NCBI RefSeq assembly: GCF_006345805.1
Contig: NW_021834901.1
Location: forward strand, 1 to 64,000
Origin: Octopus sinensis
Taxonomy: Eukaryota
DNA length: 64,000 bases
Reading direction: 5' to 3'
Positions 1 through 13,021 of the stretch are shown here, one piece after another (position 1 is the first letter of the stretch; the number at the start of each line of letters is the position of its first letter). The notes beneath the pieces were generated by a model. That model searched no databases, was not told the DNA's origin, and saw only the letters and a program-made list of their open reading frames with translations. The position numbers were made by a program, and so were the translations under genes.

Positions 1-989
1 TATGTGATTGGCTGAAATTCTTAATATCCGGAAAATAAATCCATTTTCCAGCTAGTCACCATTCCTACACGTCGAGTGTTGAAATGGTCGCTGTGCAAAC
101 ATAAGATGATTGTTCTGCGCACAAAACATCACTCGTCCCAGGATCTGAAATCATGACCTTAATCACGATTTCATGTCCTCAACTTCTATTATATTACCAA
201 AACTTCATTTTTCATATGTCCTGTCAATACCACAGAATATCTTATCTACTTGTCGCTTTTCTAAAACAAAAACGCCATAGTTTTTACCGATTATTGGGAT
301 GGCGATATCTGCTCAAAAATAGGACCTCATCGCTCTAGTTACTAAAATGGAAACCCGGCCAATTTTCCTCGTTCGCAGATATATTTCAGTTATTTGTAAA
401 GAATGCTTGTTGTTCAATGATGACAAGACTATGATCAGAGGCGTTTCGGTCATGATCATCCCGTCGATTTACTTACATCGCAATGTGTGTTGTGTTCTTT
501 CCGTGGTTAAGACGGTAGGGTGTGAAACAATGGAATATCATTGACTCAAATGCTTACGATAGGGCTGGTAGCGCAAACGTTCAAGTAATGGACAATCATT
601 AGTCCTGAAACCTACACCGACAATCATTATTGTAATACATCACATGATGTGGATGTTAATTTTCATAGATCTCTCCGAAATATAAGTCCGACCTTACAAT
701 TAATTTTTGCTTAGAAACTCTGTCTCCCTTTTCAGCTTCCTTTCAGCAACCATAACTATGTCTCAATATTACTATTTCCTGCAACTATCTTGCCAATCGA
801 CATTGCCATACATTCTTGTCAGTTAGATTATTTCCTACTTTTTTATTGTTTTAATTTCATTTGGCTTTTCCTTTCCTATCCTACTATAACTCAGGCAAAT
901 CATAAAATTTCATTCATTATTATATATATCAAATCTAGCTAACTCTACCCTACTTTCTACTGATATTAAACCGCTTCCACCTTCGTTAT

Positions 990-2130
990 TCTAAGTAAGT
1001 GCAATCTTGCTCTTCCTAATCGAGGCTGAAGTCCTCTATTCATATTGAATTCCTTCCTAGTTCTCTGTCTAGATTTGCTAATTCAGATCTTTTCCAATCA
1101 ACAAATTCTGCTGAATACCGAAGTAACGACACTTCCCAAAGTTTTTACAACCTTTACTAGATTAAGAACCCTTCGCTTTCCCTTCATTAGCTTCTTCAAC
1201 CTTCCGATGTACTCCTTAGCTATTTTTGTTTTCATTTCCATTGTTAGTACACTCTCAGATTCTAATACTCCGAAGCACTCAGTGTCACCTGAGTAGAGAT
1301 ATAATTTCCAATTCTTTGCACTATAGCTGTAACTAATTAAGTCTCTTGTGTTGTCTGCAACACTGAATATACTCAAATATTCACTTACCCGTGAGTGTTG
1401 AATCATGCCATATGATTTGTATACTTTTGAAGTTTGCATTCTTTATTTTAGAACTGCTTTCTCCGTGTGTAATAGATCGTGCGTTCCTCTAGCCTTCTTT
1501 CTGCAAACATTTCAGTTCTTCTGGTAGCAAATTCTGGTTGTCCAGTTGCTTCTAAATGTTTTCTGTGTGAATTCATGTTAACAGTCTCTACATTGGGAAT
1601 TTGCCTGGTTTTTGTCTATTTTGGATTTTATGTAGTTAGTTATGAATGCCTGATCGTGTGCGGTTGCTTACAAAAAACTGTCTCCCTTTCATTTTCCGTT
1701 CTGAAACCATATTTAGTCTGTAAGTGTCCCTTGGCTATTCTTTCTGTACCCTTTCTGTTCCACTGGTGCTTTGTAATTATTTCCAGGAAATCATACACCT
1801 AATTAGATATTATTCCTGTCATCAGCTTCCACATGAGGGGCAGACAGGTGATAGGCCGGTGATTATCCACTGCATTGCTTGTTGGGATTATTTTGGCAAA
1901 GAATTGTTTGACTTTTGGTCAGCCTCTTGGGGATTGTACCCGTGTTGATCATTTAATATATTTGCTTGGCTATTTTCTGTGTACTGCTGGGGAAATTTTC
2001 AGCCAATATCCTTGTACGCTATCCGGTCCTGGGTATTTCCAGTTTGGCGATTTAATCACTCTGGCCCACATTGGTAGTCAAATATACAATGAGGCGACAG
2101 GGGTTTATACATCTGCTTTTACTCGTCCTT
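990..2130 (-). pseudogene. Decayed R4/Dong-type RT fragments (two fused pieces)
   Basis: Minus-strand frames give [67 protein letters not shown] and KIAKEYIGRLKKLMK, broken by stops and frameshifts. Confidence 0.85.
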
Positions 2131-2749
2131 AATTACTAAACAATACTCTCCTCTCGCTCTCTCTTTTTCACCGAAACTTATTATTTATAAGACTTGTACT
2201 TATTCTATGAGTCTCCTTTGCTGAACCACTAATTTACATGGACGTAAACTCACCAACATCGGTTGTAAAGCGATGGGGTGTACACAGACACAAAAACTCA
2301 CCACACACACACACACCACACCACACACACACACACAATACTTTTATATTAATTATAAAATGAATGTTCTTGAAAAAGGCTAATGTTTTTCTTGCTCCTA
2401 ATCCGTTATAATTTATGTCCCTCCGCTCAATGATCAACCACACCTTAAACCCATGATACCCAATTTCTGCACCACATTTTTCTGTTCAAGCCGGGTGTTT
2501 AGTGGTAAACCAAACTGAGCAGTCACACTACATACGACCTTTGAAATGATTTTCTTTTGTTTCAACGCTAAGGTATAATATATACTTTTATGTGGCTTTG
2601 GGGAGTGGCATGAACGGATTCTTCTATTTGTATGTATTTCAATTTCTCGTGTAACGAACAATTCCTTTAACGAACATGGCTCGGAAAGGATTATGTGTAT
2701 ATATAGAGATGGCAGTGGTTTGAGAAGTTTTGAGTCGAACTAATTGACC

Positions 2750-3450
2750 TCTGTACTTAATTTTTTAAGCCTTGTACTTATTTTATTGGAGTATATTGGT
2801 GAACCGCTAAGTTACCGGAACGTAAACACACCAACACAGGTCATCAAGCGGTGGGACAAACACTGACACAAAGACACACACAACTGATACATACAGACAG
2901 ACATATATAGACATAGAAGTGCCAGTAGTGGCCGTAGAGTATGAAACACATTGTTCCGTGTTCAGTCCCGTTGCGAGACATTTTGGCTGAGTGTCTTCTA
3001 CTATAGCCAAGGGCCGACCATAGTCTTGTGAGTGGATTTCATAGATGGAAACTCAAATAAGCCCGGCGTATGTGTGTGTGTGTATTTGTGTGTCTATATT
3101 TGTCCCTCCACCATCATTTGACAACCGATGTTGGTGTGCTTACGTCCCTGTAACATAGCGGTTCTGGAAAAGAAAACTGATAGAATAAGTACTAGGATTA
3201 CAAAGGTTAAGTCCTAGGGTCGATTTTTCGACTAAAGGCGGAGAGCTCCAACATGGCCGCAGTCAAATGACTGAAACAAGTAAAAGAATAGTCACGATAG
3301 GCTTCTTTCCGTTTCATCTACAAAATCCACACATGAAGATTTTGAGAGTCCAATGGCTACAGTAGAAGACATTTATGTAGCGTGCCACGCAGTGGAACTG
3401 AAACCGAATCCAAATTTGGAAGCAAGCGTCTTACCACACAGCCGCGCCTA
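2750..3450. mobile_element. Cluster of degraded tRNA-derived SINE pieces (octopus OR1/OR2-like), mixed orientation
   Basis: Blocks gaaccgctaagttac..gtaaacacacc, ctatagcc..gggccgacc..gtgagtggattt and ggccgcagtcaaatgactgaaacaagt match the more intact copy at 14365-14757. Confidence 0.75.
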
Positions 3451-3589
3451 AACATGCCCCCCTACACAGATTCAATCCAAGGAAACCGCATAAAGATGAA
3501 ACACTCTCCAAGCCGTTCACTTATAATTTGTTAAAACCATTACATGGTGTCCATTAGTGAGTGATGCTGTGTTTTGTTTTATTTCTCCT

Positions 3590-4500
3590 ACACATTGATT
3601 CCAAATTTTGGCACAACACCAGCAAATTCAGGGGAGGAGTAAGTTGATTACATCGACCGCAGTATATAACTGATATTCATTTCATCGACCCCGAAAGGAT
3701 AAAAGGCAAAGACAACCTCGGCGGAATATTTCTACTTAATATTTAATATTATTACGTTCATGCTGCATTTTTGAAATTGGGTGTTAAAACAGAAATTCTT
3801 CTATTGGAGATGGTCGTCTGTTGCCAATGAAACACGCGCAATATATATTTGATATTCACTTTATTGTTGTTGTTGTTGTTGTTGTTGGTACGCCGGGCGA
3901 AACGTTTAGAAGTATTTCGTCTGCGGTTACGTTCTGAGTTCAAATTCCACCGAGTCCAAATTCCACCGAGGTCGATATTGCCTTTCATCCTTTTGTAGTC
4001 GATTAAATAAGTACCAGTTACGCACTGGAGGCGATATAATCGACTTAATCAGCGTGTCTGTCCTTGTTTGTCCTCTCTGTGTTTAGCCCCTTGTGGGTAG
4101 TAAAGAGATAAGTATTTCGTCTCTCACTACATTCTGAGTTCAAATTCCGCTTAGATCGACTTTGCCCATCATCCTTTCTGAGACGATAAATTAAGTACCA
4201 GTTACACACTGGGGTCGTAATGGACTTGTCCTTGTGCTTCCAGTAGACAGGATAATTATTATTATTATTATTATTATTATTATTTGAGGTTTAGCTGGCA
4301 GAATCGTTAGCACGCCGGGCAAAATGCTTGGTAGTATTTCATCCATCATTAGTTTCTGAGTTCAAATCCCCCGAGGTCAACTTCACATTTCAACATTTCG
4401 AGGTCTATAAATTAAATACCAGTTGAGTACTAGGGGCTATGTAATCGACTAACTCCCCCCATCCAAGAATATGTCAGGCTTTGTGCTTATAGTAGGAACG
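3590..4500. mobile_element. Cluster of tRNA/CORE-like SINEs (octopus OK-like)
   Basis: Repeated gttctgagttcaaattcc..gaggtcga..tttcatcc..gataaattaagtaccag blocks with B-box-like GAGTTCAAATTCC. Confidence 0.8.
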
Positions 4501-4523
4501 ACTATTATTATTGTTATTATTAA

Positions 4524-4586
<63 letters not shown>

Positions 4587-4616
4587 CATCATCATTATTA
4601 TTATTATTACTATTAG
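4500..4616. repeat. (ATT)n microsatellite, empty paralog of the array at 35045-35150
   Basis: Direct reading; preceded by the same ggaacgact flank as the array at ~35045. Confidence 0.9.
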
Positions 4617-4897
4617 CATAAATTCTTTCGTCTCACATACTGTGATCTCCTGAGCGACTCTCTGCTACGCCTTTTTCTTCTTATCCTGCTTATTCTGTAT
4701 TAAAATTTATATTAAATGTCTACTTTTCTACTGTTTGTCAAGTGGTTTGTTTATCAAATAATTTATACTCGGAACAATTGTACAAACGGAATTTCCCACT
4801 TGGTGCAGCTATATATTTTAGTAATTGTTTGAATGAATACACGCACATACACAACTCACTTATATGTTTGTGTGTGGTGTGTGTGTATATATATATG

Positions 4898-4957
<60 letters not shown>

Positions 4958-5060
4958 GTGTGTGTGTGTGTGTGTGTGTGTATGTATATATATATAAGCA
5001 TAGTAGAAATTGTTAAAGAAGAAATATAAAATACACGTGGAAATGTAAGGATAAAAGATG

Positions 5061-5105
<45 letters not shown>

Positions 5106-5243
5106 GAGAGAGAGAGAGAGACTTTTAGTGGGGGGCAACCAGATCGAACCTTCCCAAGTGTTACTGCCCGAGATGGTCGTGACTTGTGGGACTTGACTGA
5201 GGAAAGAGAGCGTTATTTTTTTTACCATTTATATAAGTATGTA

Positions 5244-5275
<32 letters not shown>

Positions 5276-5641
5276 TGTGTGTGTGTATGTGTGTGTGTGA
5301 GTATGTGTGTGTGTGTGTGTGTTTCAATCTATGTATTGAAGTTTCTGTTTGTTTATCTGTCTAATTATTTTTCGAATTATCTCTCTCTCTCTCTTTCTCT
5401 CTTTCTTTCTTTTTTCTTTCCCTCTCTCTCTGTTCCACACTTTCATTTTCTCTCTCTTTTTCTCTCTTTCTGACTTTCTCTCTTACTCTCCTCTCTCTCT
5501 CTCTTCGTAATGCTATTTTTAGTGTGCTGGTGCTGCTTGTAGGAACTTTAATCATTAATTAATGATGCCTTACCTTATGGCATTTTTTTACGCATGCTTG
5601 CCACTTGATATTATTATAAGCAATAATATCCTTATATATAC

Positions 5642-5690
<49 letters not shown>

Positions 5691-6994
5691 TATATGCACT
5701 TATACACAGGTGTGTATGATTGTGTATAGGAGAATATATTACTGAAAGAAATTCCAACTTTGATTTTTATGATTTATTTACAATCCTATAATAATATATG
5801 ATAAGATAAGTTAACATAATGAAGCGATAGAATATCAAATATCCACTCTGATTGAACTAGTACTTTCATGCATTCTTCAAGTTGTATAAAAATAGGTATT
5901 GTCTGCATCATTCCAAAGAGAAATAAAGTCTCCATAAAGTGTAAAAGTTAGAAATAATTTGTATGGTGTTAGTAACAAAATATTGTGTTAGAAATAGGAT
6001 TATTATCATCGGTCTTAAATTTAATCTCGCCAGTGTAGATATGTGTGTGTATAAATATCAATTTTAAATATTTACAGGAAAGTAGCAAAAATTGATTTAC
6101 ATTTACAATGCCGGTTTCAAATATGACTTCAGTTTTAATTTTTTACAGAAATTAAATAGGGTTTATCCACTTATCTGAATATTCTATTACCTCATGAAAG
6201 TTTATTGTCTCATTCTGCGGCTTGTATCGGATAAGAATTCTGACCGAAGTACACATTTGTTATGACCCGTTATGTGTTTTTTTAACGGCAGTGTCAGTAC
6301 TTTGTGTCGATATATGTGATTCGCTGTACTTTAATATCCGGAAAATTAATCCATTTTCAAGAAATTCACCATTTCTACACGACGCAAATTAATATAAGAT
6401 GAGGTGATTTGCTTAATAACTTAATACAATTCCCTTTACGGGAATTGAAACCGCGATCTCGCTATCGCGAATGTAACACCGTTAAGAGCATGGTCATTTG
6501 CCTTGGACACCAATTATATTATTTAACATGTTATATGACATAGGTGTAACAGCATCCCAGAAATCCTTCTTATCTACTAGGCGTTTTCCTGAAGCAACAC
6601 CCACTGAATTTTCATGGAACCCCAAAATGATCTGAGCGTTACTCCTAAGAGATGTCTCTTGTCAGCTAACGATATGGCGTTGTATCATGTAATGATGGAA
6701 TTTCTGACGCAGAAAATTGCAGAGTTTGACGTGGTGATACAAAGTCTGAGACCGAGGCCAATTTTAGGTTCATATCTTTGTTTGATTTTTTTTTGTTGTG
6801 TTTTACTTAGGGTGTTGTTGTCGACGTTGTTGTTTGCCCTGTTCGTAATTTTGCACAAAGGCATTCCAACTATAACCAACTAAATTTCTTTTATTCCAAC
6901 ATTAGCAACCATGTCCTCCATTGTGTAAAATAAGAGTGTGTGATTGGAAACAGATTTCGCAGCTATTTCCAGATGTTTGACGGAAAACATTATA

Positions 6995-7228
6995 TATTTC
7001 TTTACTACCCACAAGGGGCTAAACAGAGAGGAGACAAACAAGACAGACAAACGGATTAAGTCGATTACATCGACCCCAGTGCGTAACTGGTACTTAATTT
7101 ATCGACCCCGGAAGGATGAAAGGCAAAGTCGACCTCGGCGGAATTTGAACTCGGAACGTAACGGCAGACGAAATACGGCAACGCATTTCGCCCGGCGTGC
7201 TAACGTTTCTGCCAGCTCGCCGCCTTAA
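6995..7228 (-). mobile_element. Near-intact OK-like SINE with 15-bp target-site duplication
   Basis: Head ggcggcgagctggcagaaacgttagcacgccgggcgaaatgcg on minus; acggaaaacattata at 6980-6994 and 7229-7243; absent from paralogs near 17620 and 29035. Confidence 0.92.
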
Positions 7229-8093
7229 ACGGAAAACATTATAAACATATCTGCGTCACAAGCCAATGTTTCCTGATTGAGTAAAGCTATGATCAGAGGA
7301 CATCCAGTCATCATCTTCCCATCCATTTAGTTATATAGCATTGTCTCCGGTCTCTAGGTGAGCAGGGCCGTCCTTGAATTCAATTGCTTAAGTACACCTG
7401 CAACCAAAAACTCATAGGACACTTGTGTGTATACTACTAAATACATGCTTGTTTAACTCCTCCTCAGATCTGAATACTTCGTCACCTTTTCATCCCCGCA
7501 GGACTTTCGAATGAAAGAATAAGTTGTATAGTCCAAAAAAGTATAGAGCTTAAATTAAAAAGATAATATTAAACAAGAATTCAAGCAAAATAGTCGGCAA
7601 TGCCTGTACACAGTGTCTGTACATAAATTTACAAATTGCTTTGCAGTGTTTCCGTTGTCTATTCGCGTTCTGAGTTCCTTTCCTGTCGAACTCCCTTTTG
7701 CCTTTCATTTCTCAGAGGTGCTAAAATCCAATTAGTTGACTGTCCCCTTCTCCCACAGAAACACAACCCTCCCCCCAACATAACTGGACAACAGGTTCAT
7801 TGAAGCGTTAATTGGCTGTGGCTGCAAATGAAATTAAAATGAATTTAAATTGCCTTACCATTCCGCCAATTCGACGCCAGCCAACTGACCATTCCAAATA
7901 CGATAAACAAGTGCATAACACACACATACATGTATACATACATACATACATGCATGCATACACAGGCGTATACACACATGTATGCATACACACACACATA
8001 CATACGTATATATATATGACGAACTAATTCTTATTTTCTCAGAGGCAGCTCAGATTTTTGTCAATGAAAAGCGACTATATCTCCGTAATATAT

Positions 8094-8976
8094 GACTCTC
8101 TTTTTGTCTCTCTCTCTCTCTCTCTTTTTATTTTACTTGATCTGTCCCCCTCTCTCTCTCTCTCTTCTCTCTACTCATCCTCTTTTTCTCTTCTCTTTAC
8201 CCTCCTATTTCTTTGTCTCGCTCTGCACTCACAGGTCATTCATTCTTCGACAAACCCATCCCTTCTCCTCTCTGATCCCTTCTTTCTCTCTCTTCTCTCT
8301 CTTTTGTGCGTTTTGTCCCTCGTCTCTCTCTCTCTTCCTTTGCTTCTCTTTCTTTTCTTTTCCCCTCTTCTCTGTCACGTGACTGTTGGCCGAAATCTGC
8401 CTCTCAGCTCCTGACCCTCGTCGTGTTAACATCGTTGTTTTTCGTCCGCCGCTATAAAGGCTTCTTCCAATGCGCCAGAGAAAAAATTTGTTTGCTTGTT
8501 ATCAGTCGTAAGACACTTGTTGTTTTCACCGTTAATGCTTCTGTATTTCATGTTTCTGTATTCCATTATTGTTTTTTGTTTTTTTTATATCTGTCCCTTT
8601 TGCTGTCCTGGTGTTCGTATGCATTCGATCCTTCTTCCAGGAAATCTACGCTTCCAGCTTAGTTTTTCTAATGCTCGTTGCTTAGTTTTTCTTGGAGGGC
8701 TGGCCGTGATCTAGTAATCTCAAGATTAATCAGCCGAAATTACTACGATGATCCGGTTCTTGACTGAAGACTGAGGGGTTCGAATGTCCTGTCCATGTTT
8801 ATTGTGTCGTCTTCTAAGAGTTATACGTTCTTGTCCATGTTGTATTTTTCTACATACCTTAACATATATTCCAGGCGCCCCGTACCCCCCTTATCATTAA
8901 TGTGAGCACATATTCTTAATAATTGGTACGACTCTCTTTTTGTCTCTCTCTCTCTCTCATTTTTACTTGATCTGTC

Positions 8977-9014
<38 letters not shown>

Positions 9015-9816
9015 ACTCATCCTCTTTTTCTCTTCTCTTTACCCTCCTATTTCTTTGTCTCGCTCTGCACTCACAGGTCATTCTTCGACACCCATCCCTT
9101 CTCCTCTCTGATCCCTTCTTTCTCTCTCTTCTCTCTCTTTGTTGCGTTTTGTCCCTCGTCTCTCTCTCTCTCTTCCTTTGCTTCTCTTTCTTTTCTTTTC
9201 CCTCTTCTCTGTCACGTGACTGTTGGCCGAAATCTGCCTCTCAGCTCCTGACCCTCGTCGTTTAACATCGTTGTTTTTCGTCCGCCGCTATAAAGGCTTC
9301 TTCCAATGCGCCAGAGAAAAAATTTGTTTGCTTGTTATCAGTCGTAAGACACTGTTGTTGTTTCATCCACCGTTAATGCTTCTGTATTTCATGTTTCTGT
9401 ATTCCATTATTGTTTTTTGTTTTTTTTATTCTGTCCCTTTGCTGCCTGGTGTTCGTATGCATTCGATCTCTTCTTCCAGGAAATCTACGCTTCCAGCTTA
9501 GTTTTTCTAATGCTCGTTGCTTAGTTTTTCTTGGAGGGCTGGCCGTGATCTAGTAATCTCAAGATTAATCAGCCGAAATTACTACGATGATCCGGTTCTT
9601 GACTGAAGACTGAGGGGTTCGAATGTCCTGTCCATGTTTATTGTGTCGTCTTCTAAGAGTTATACGTTCTTGTCCATGTTGTATTTTTCTACATACCTTA
9701 ACATATATTCCAGGCGCCCCGTACCCCCCTTATCATTAATGTGAGCACATATTCTTAATAATTGGTACGACTCTCTTTTTGTCTCTCTCTCTCTCATCAT
9801 TTACTTGTGATCTGTC

Positions 9817-9854
<38 letters not shown>

Positions 9855-10533
9855 CATCCTCTTTTTCTCTTCTCTTTACCCTCCTATTTCTTTGTCTCGC
9901 TCTGCACTCACAGGTCATTCTTCGACACCCATCCCTTCTCCTCTCTGATCCCTTCTTCTCTCTCTTCTCTCTCTTTGTTGCGTTTTGTCCCTCGTCTCTC
10001 TCTCTCTTCCTTTGCTTCTCTTTCTTTTCTCTTTTCCCTCTTCTCGTCACGTGCCTGTTGGCCGAAATCTGCCTCTCAGCTCCTGACCCTCGTCGTGTTA
10101 ACATCGTCGTTTTTTCGTCCGCCGCTATAAAGGCTTCTTCCAATGCGCCAGAGAAAAAATTTTTTGCTTGTTATCAGTCGTAAGACACTTGTTGTTTTCA
10201 CCGTTAATGCTTCTGTATTTCATGTTTCTGTATTCCATTATTGTTTTTTGTTTTTTTATATCTGTCCCTTTTGCTGTCCTGGTGTTCGTATGCATTCGAT
10301 CCTTCTTCCAGGAAATCTACGCTTCCAGCTTAGTTTTTCTAATGCTCGTTGCTTAGTTTTTCTTGGAGGGCTGGCCGTGATCTAGTAATCTCAAGATTAA
10401 TCAGCCGAAATTACTACGATGATCCGGTTCTTGACTGAAGACTGAGGGGTTCGAATGTCCTGTCCATGTTTATTGTGTCGTCTTCTAAGAGTTATACGTT
10501 CTTGTCCATGTTGTATTTTTCTACATACCTTAA
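8094..10533. repeat. Three tandem copies of an ~838-bp unit (last copy truncated at a (TA)n tract)
   Basis: gactctctttttgtctctc at ~8094, ~8931 and ~9769; bodies near-identical apart from indels. Confidence 0.95.
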
Positions 10534-10721
10534 TATATATATATATATATATATATATCTTTGATAATGATGAAGAAGAGAGAGAGAGAGAGATAGAGAG
10601 AGAGAGAGATAGAGAGAGAGACAGACAGATAGAGAGAGAGAGAGATAGAGAGATACGCAAATATATATATATATAAATGTATATATATATATTTGTGTGT
10701 GTGTGTATGTGCGCGTATATA

Positions 10722-10753
<32 letters not shown>

Positions 10754-10827
10754 CATATATGGCTGCTATTTTTAGCAAGTTAAAATTACCTGTTAAAGGG
10801 TAATATTCTATTTTGAAATATATAAAC

Positions 10828-10878
<51 letters not shown>

Positions 10879-10918
10879 CGTGTGTGTGCGTGTGTGTGTG
10901 CGTGTGTGTGTGTGTGTG

Positions 10919-12832
10919 TGTGTAGTGTTGGCGAATCTCAGGAAGCATGGAAGTTTTGAAGGATGCAGTGCTCCGACAAGTAACAACTGATGCCGGCAGT
11001 TTGTTCCATGCTTGTATGTGTATGGAGGGGAGAAAATCAAGTGTAGTGTTGGCGAATCTCAGAAAGCATGGAAGTTTTGAAGGATGCAGTGCTCCGACAA
11101 CTAACAGCTGATGCCGGCAGTTTGTTCCATGCTTGTATGTGTATGGAGGGGAGAAAATCAAGTGTAGTGTTGGCGAATCTCAGGAAGCATGGAAGTTTTG
11201 AAGGATGCAGTGCTCCGACAACTAACAACTGATGCCGGCAGTTTGTTCCATGCATCAGCGTGTGTATGGAGGGGAGAAGATCAGGTGTAGTGTTGACGAA
11301 TCTCAGGAAGCATGGAAGTTTTGAAGGATGCAGTGCTCCGACAACTAACAACTGATGCCGGCAGTTTGTTCCGTGCTTGCGTGTGTATGGAGGGGAGAAA
11401 ATCAGGTGTAGTGTTGGCGAATCTCAGAAAGCATGAAAGTTTTGAAGGATGCAGTGCTCCGACAACTAACAACTGATGCCGGCAGTTTGTTCCGTGCTTG
11501 CGTGTGTATGAGGGGAGAAAATCAGGTGTAGTGTTGCCGAATCTCAGGAAGCATGGAAGTTTTTTTGAAGGATGCAGTGCCGACAAGTAACAACTGATGC
11601 CGGCAGTTTGTTCCATGCCTGCGTGTGTATGGAGGGGAGAAAATCAGGTGTAGTGTTGCCGAATCTCAGGAAGCATGGACGTTTTGAAGGATGCAGTGCT
11701 CCGAAAAGTAACAACTGATGCCGGCAGTTTGTTCCATGCTTGCGTGTGTATGGAGGGGAGGATATCAGGTGTAGTGTTGGCGAATCTCAGAAAGCATGGA
11801 AGTTTTGAAGGATGCAGTGCTCCGACAACTAACAACTGATGCCGGCAGTTTGTTCCATGCTTGCGTGTGTATGGAGGGGAGAAGATCAGGTGTAGTGTTG
11901 CCGAATCTCAGGAAGCATGGACGTTTTGAAGGATGCAGTGCTCCGACAACTAACAACTGATGCCGGCAGTTTGTTCCATGCTTGCGTGTGTATGGAGGGG
12001 AGAAAATCAGGTGTAGTGTTGGCGAATCTCAGGAAGCATGGAAGTTTTGAAGGATGCAGTGCTCCGACAACTAACAACTGATGCCGGCAGTTTGTTCCAT
12101 GCATCAGCGTGTGTATGGAGGGGAGAAGATCAGGTGTAGTGTTGACGAATCTCAGGAAGCATGGAAGTTTTGAAGGATGCAGTGCTCCGACAACTAACAA
12201 CTGATGCCGGCAGTTTGTTCCGTGCTTGCGTGTGTATGGAGGGGAGAAAATCAGGTGTAGTGTTGGCGAATCTCAGAAAGCATGAAAGTTTTGAAGGATG
12301 CAGTGCTCCGACAACTAACAACTGATGCCGGCAGTTTGTTCCGTGCTTGCGTGTGTATGGAGGGGAGAAAATCAGGTGTAGTGTTGGCGAATCTCAGAAA
12401 GCATGGAAGTTTTGAAGGATGCAGTGCTCCGACAACTAACAGCTGATGCCGGCAGTTTGTTCCATGCTTGTATGTGTATGGAGGGGAGAAAATCAAGTGT
12501 AGTGTTGGCGAATCTCAGGAAGCATGGAAGTTTTGAAGGATGCAGTGCTCAGACAATTAACAACTGATGCCGGCAGTTTGTTCCATGCTTGCGTGTGTAT
12601 GGAGGGGAGAAAATCAGGTGTAGTGTTGGCGAATCTCAGGAAGCATGGACGTTTTGAAGGATGCAGTGCTCCGACAACTAACAACTGATGCCGGCAGTTT
12701 GTTCCATGCTTGCGTGTGTATGGAGGGGAGGATATCAGGTGTAGTGTTGGCGAATCTCAGAAAGCATGGAAGTTTTGAAGGATGCAGTGCCCCAACAACT
12801 AATAACTGATGCCGGCAGTTTGTTCCATGCTT
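10919..12832 (-). repeat. 121-bp tandem satellite, array 1 (~16 units), derived from a CR1-type LINE ORF2 3' end
   Basis: ORF-track stops recur every 121 bp (11644, 11765, 11886 ...); unit reads AWNKLPASVVSCRSTASFKTSMLPEIRQHYT* on minus; at 12826-12853 it runs into FFTLRLAEAWNKLP. Confidence 0.95.
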
Positions 12833-12972
12833 CAGCAAGTCTCAGCGTGAAAAATTATATCGGAAATGAATAAGAGAAAATTAACTTGGTGGATTATTAC
12901 ACATACATAGTACAACAGGTCACATATCGACAAAAGGAAACTTGAAATTTCGAAGGAAATTATGATGTGCGT

Positions 12973-13021
<49 letters not shown>

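Larger units (their letters stand above)
1..7770. repeat. Segmental duplication copy, homologous to 21771-29570
   Basis: Position 1 tatgtgattggctgaaattc recurs at 21771 and collinear near-identity continues to the SINE-like end at ~7770/29560. Confidence 0.95.

Noticed and set aside
6614-6883. ORF MEPQNDLSVTPKRC.. shared with 17250-17441
   Set aside because: Differences between the copies are mostly amino-acid changing, and the third copy (~28669) has an early TGA; explained by duplication alone.
8725-8790. GAAA..CTGAAGA as a type-II hammerhead in the 838-bp unit
   Set aside because: Stems I and II do not pair in register around the core.
10919-12832. 121-bp arrays as CRISPR, 5S rDNA or a repetitive protein gene
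   Set aside because: There are no unique spacers and no 5S sequence similarity; 121 is not a multiple of 3, and the short ORFs are simply the LINE C-terminus repeated.
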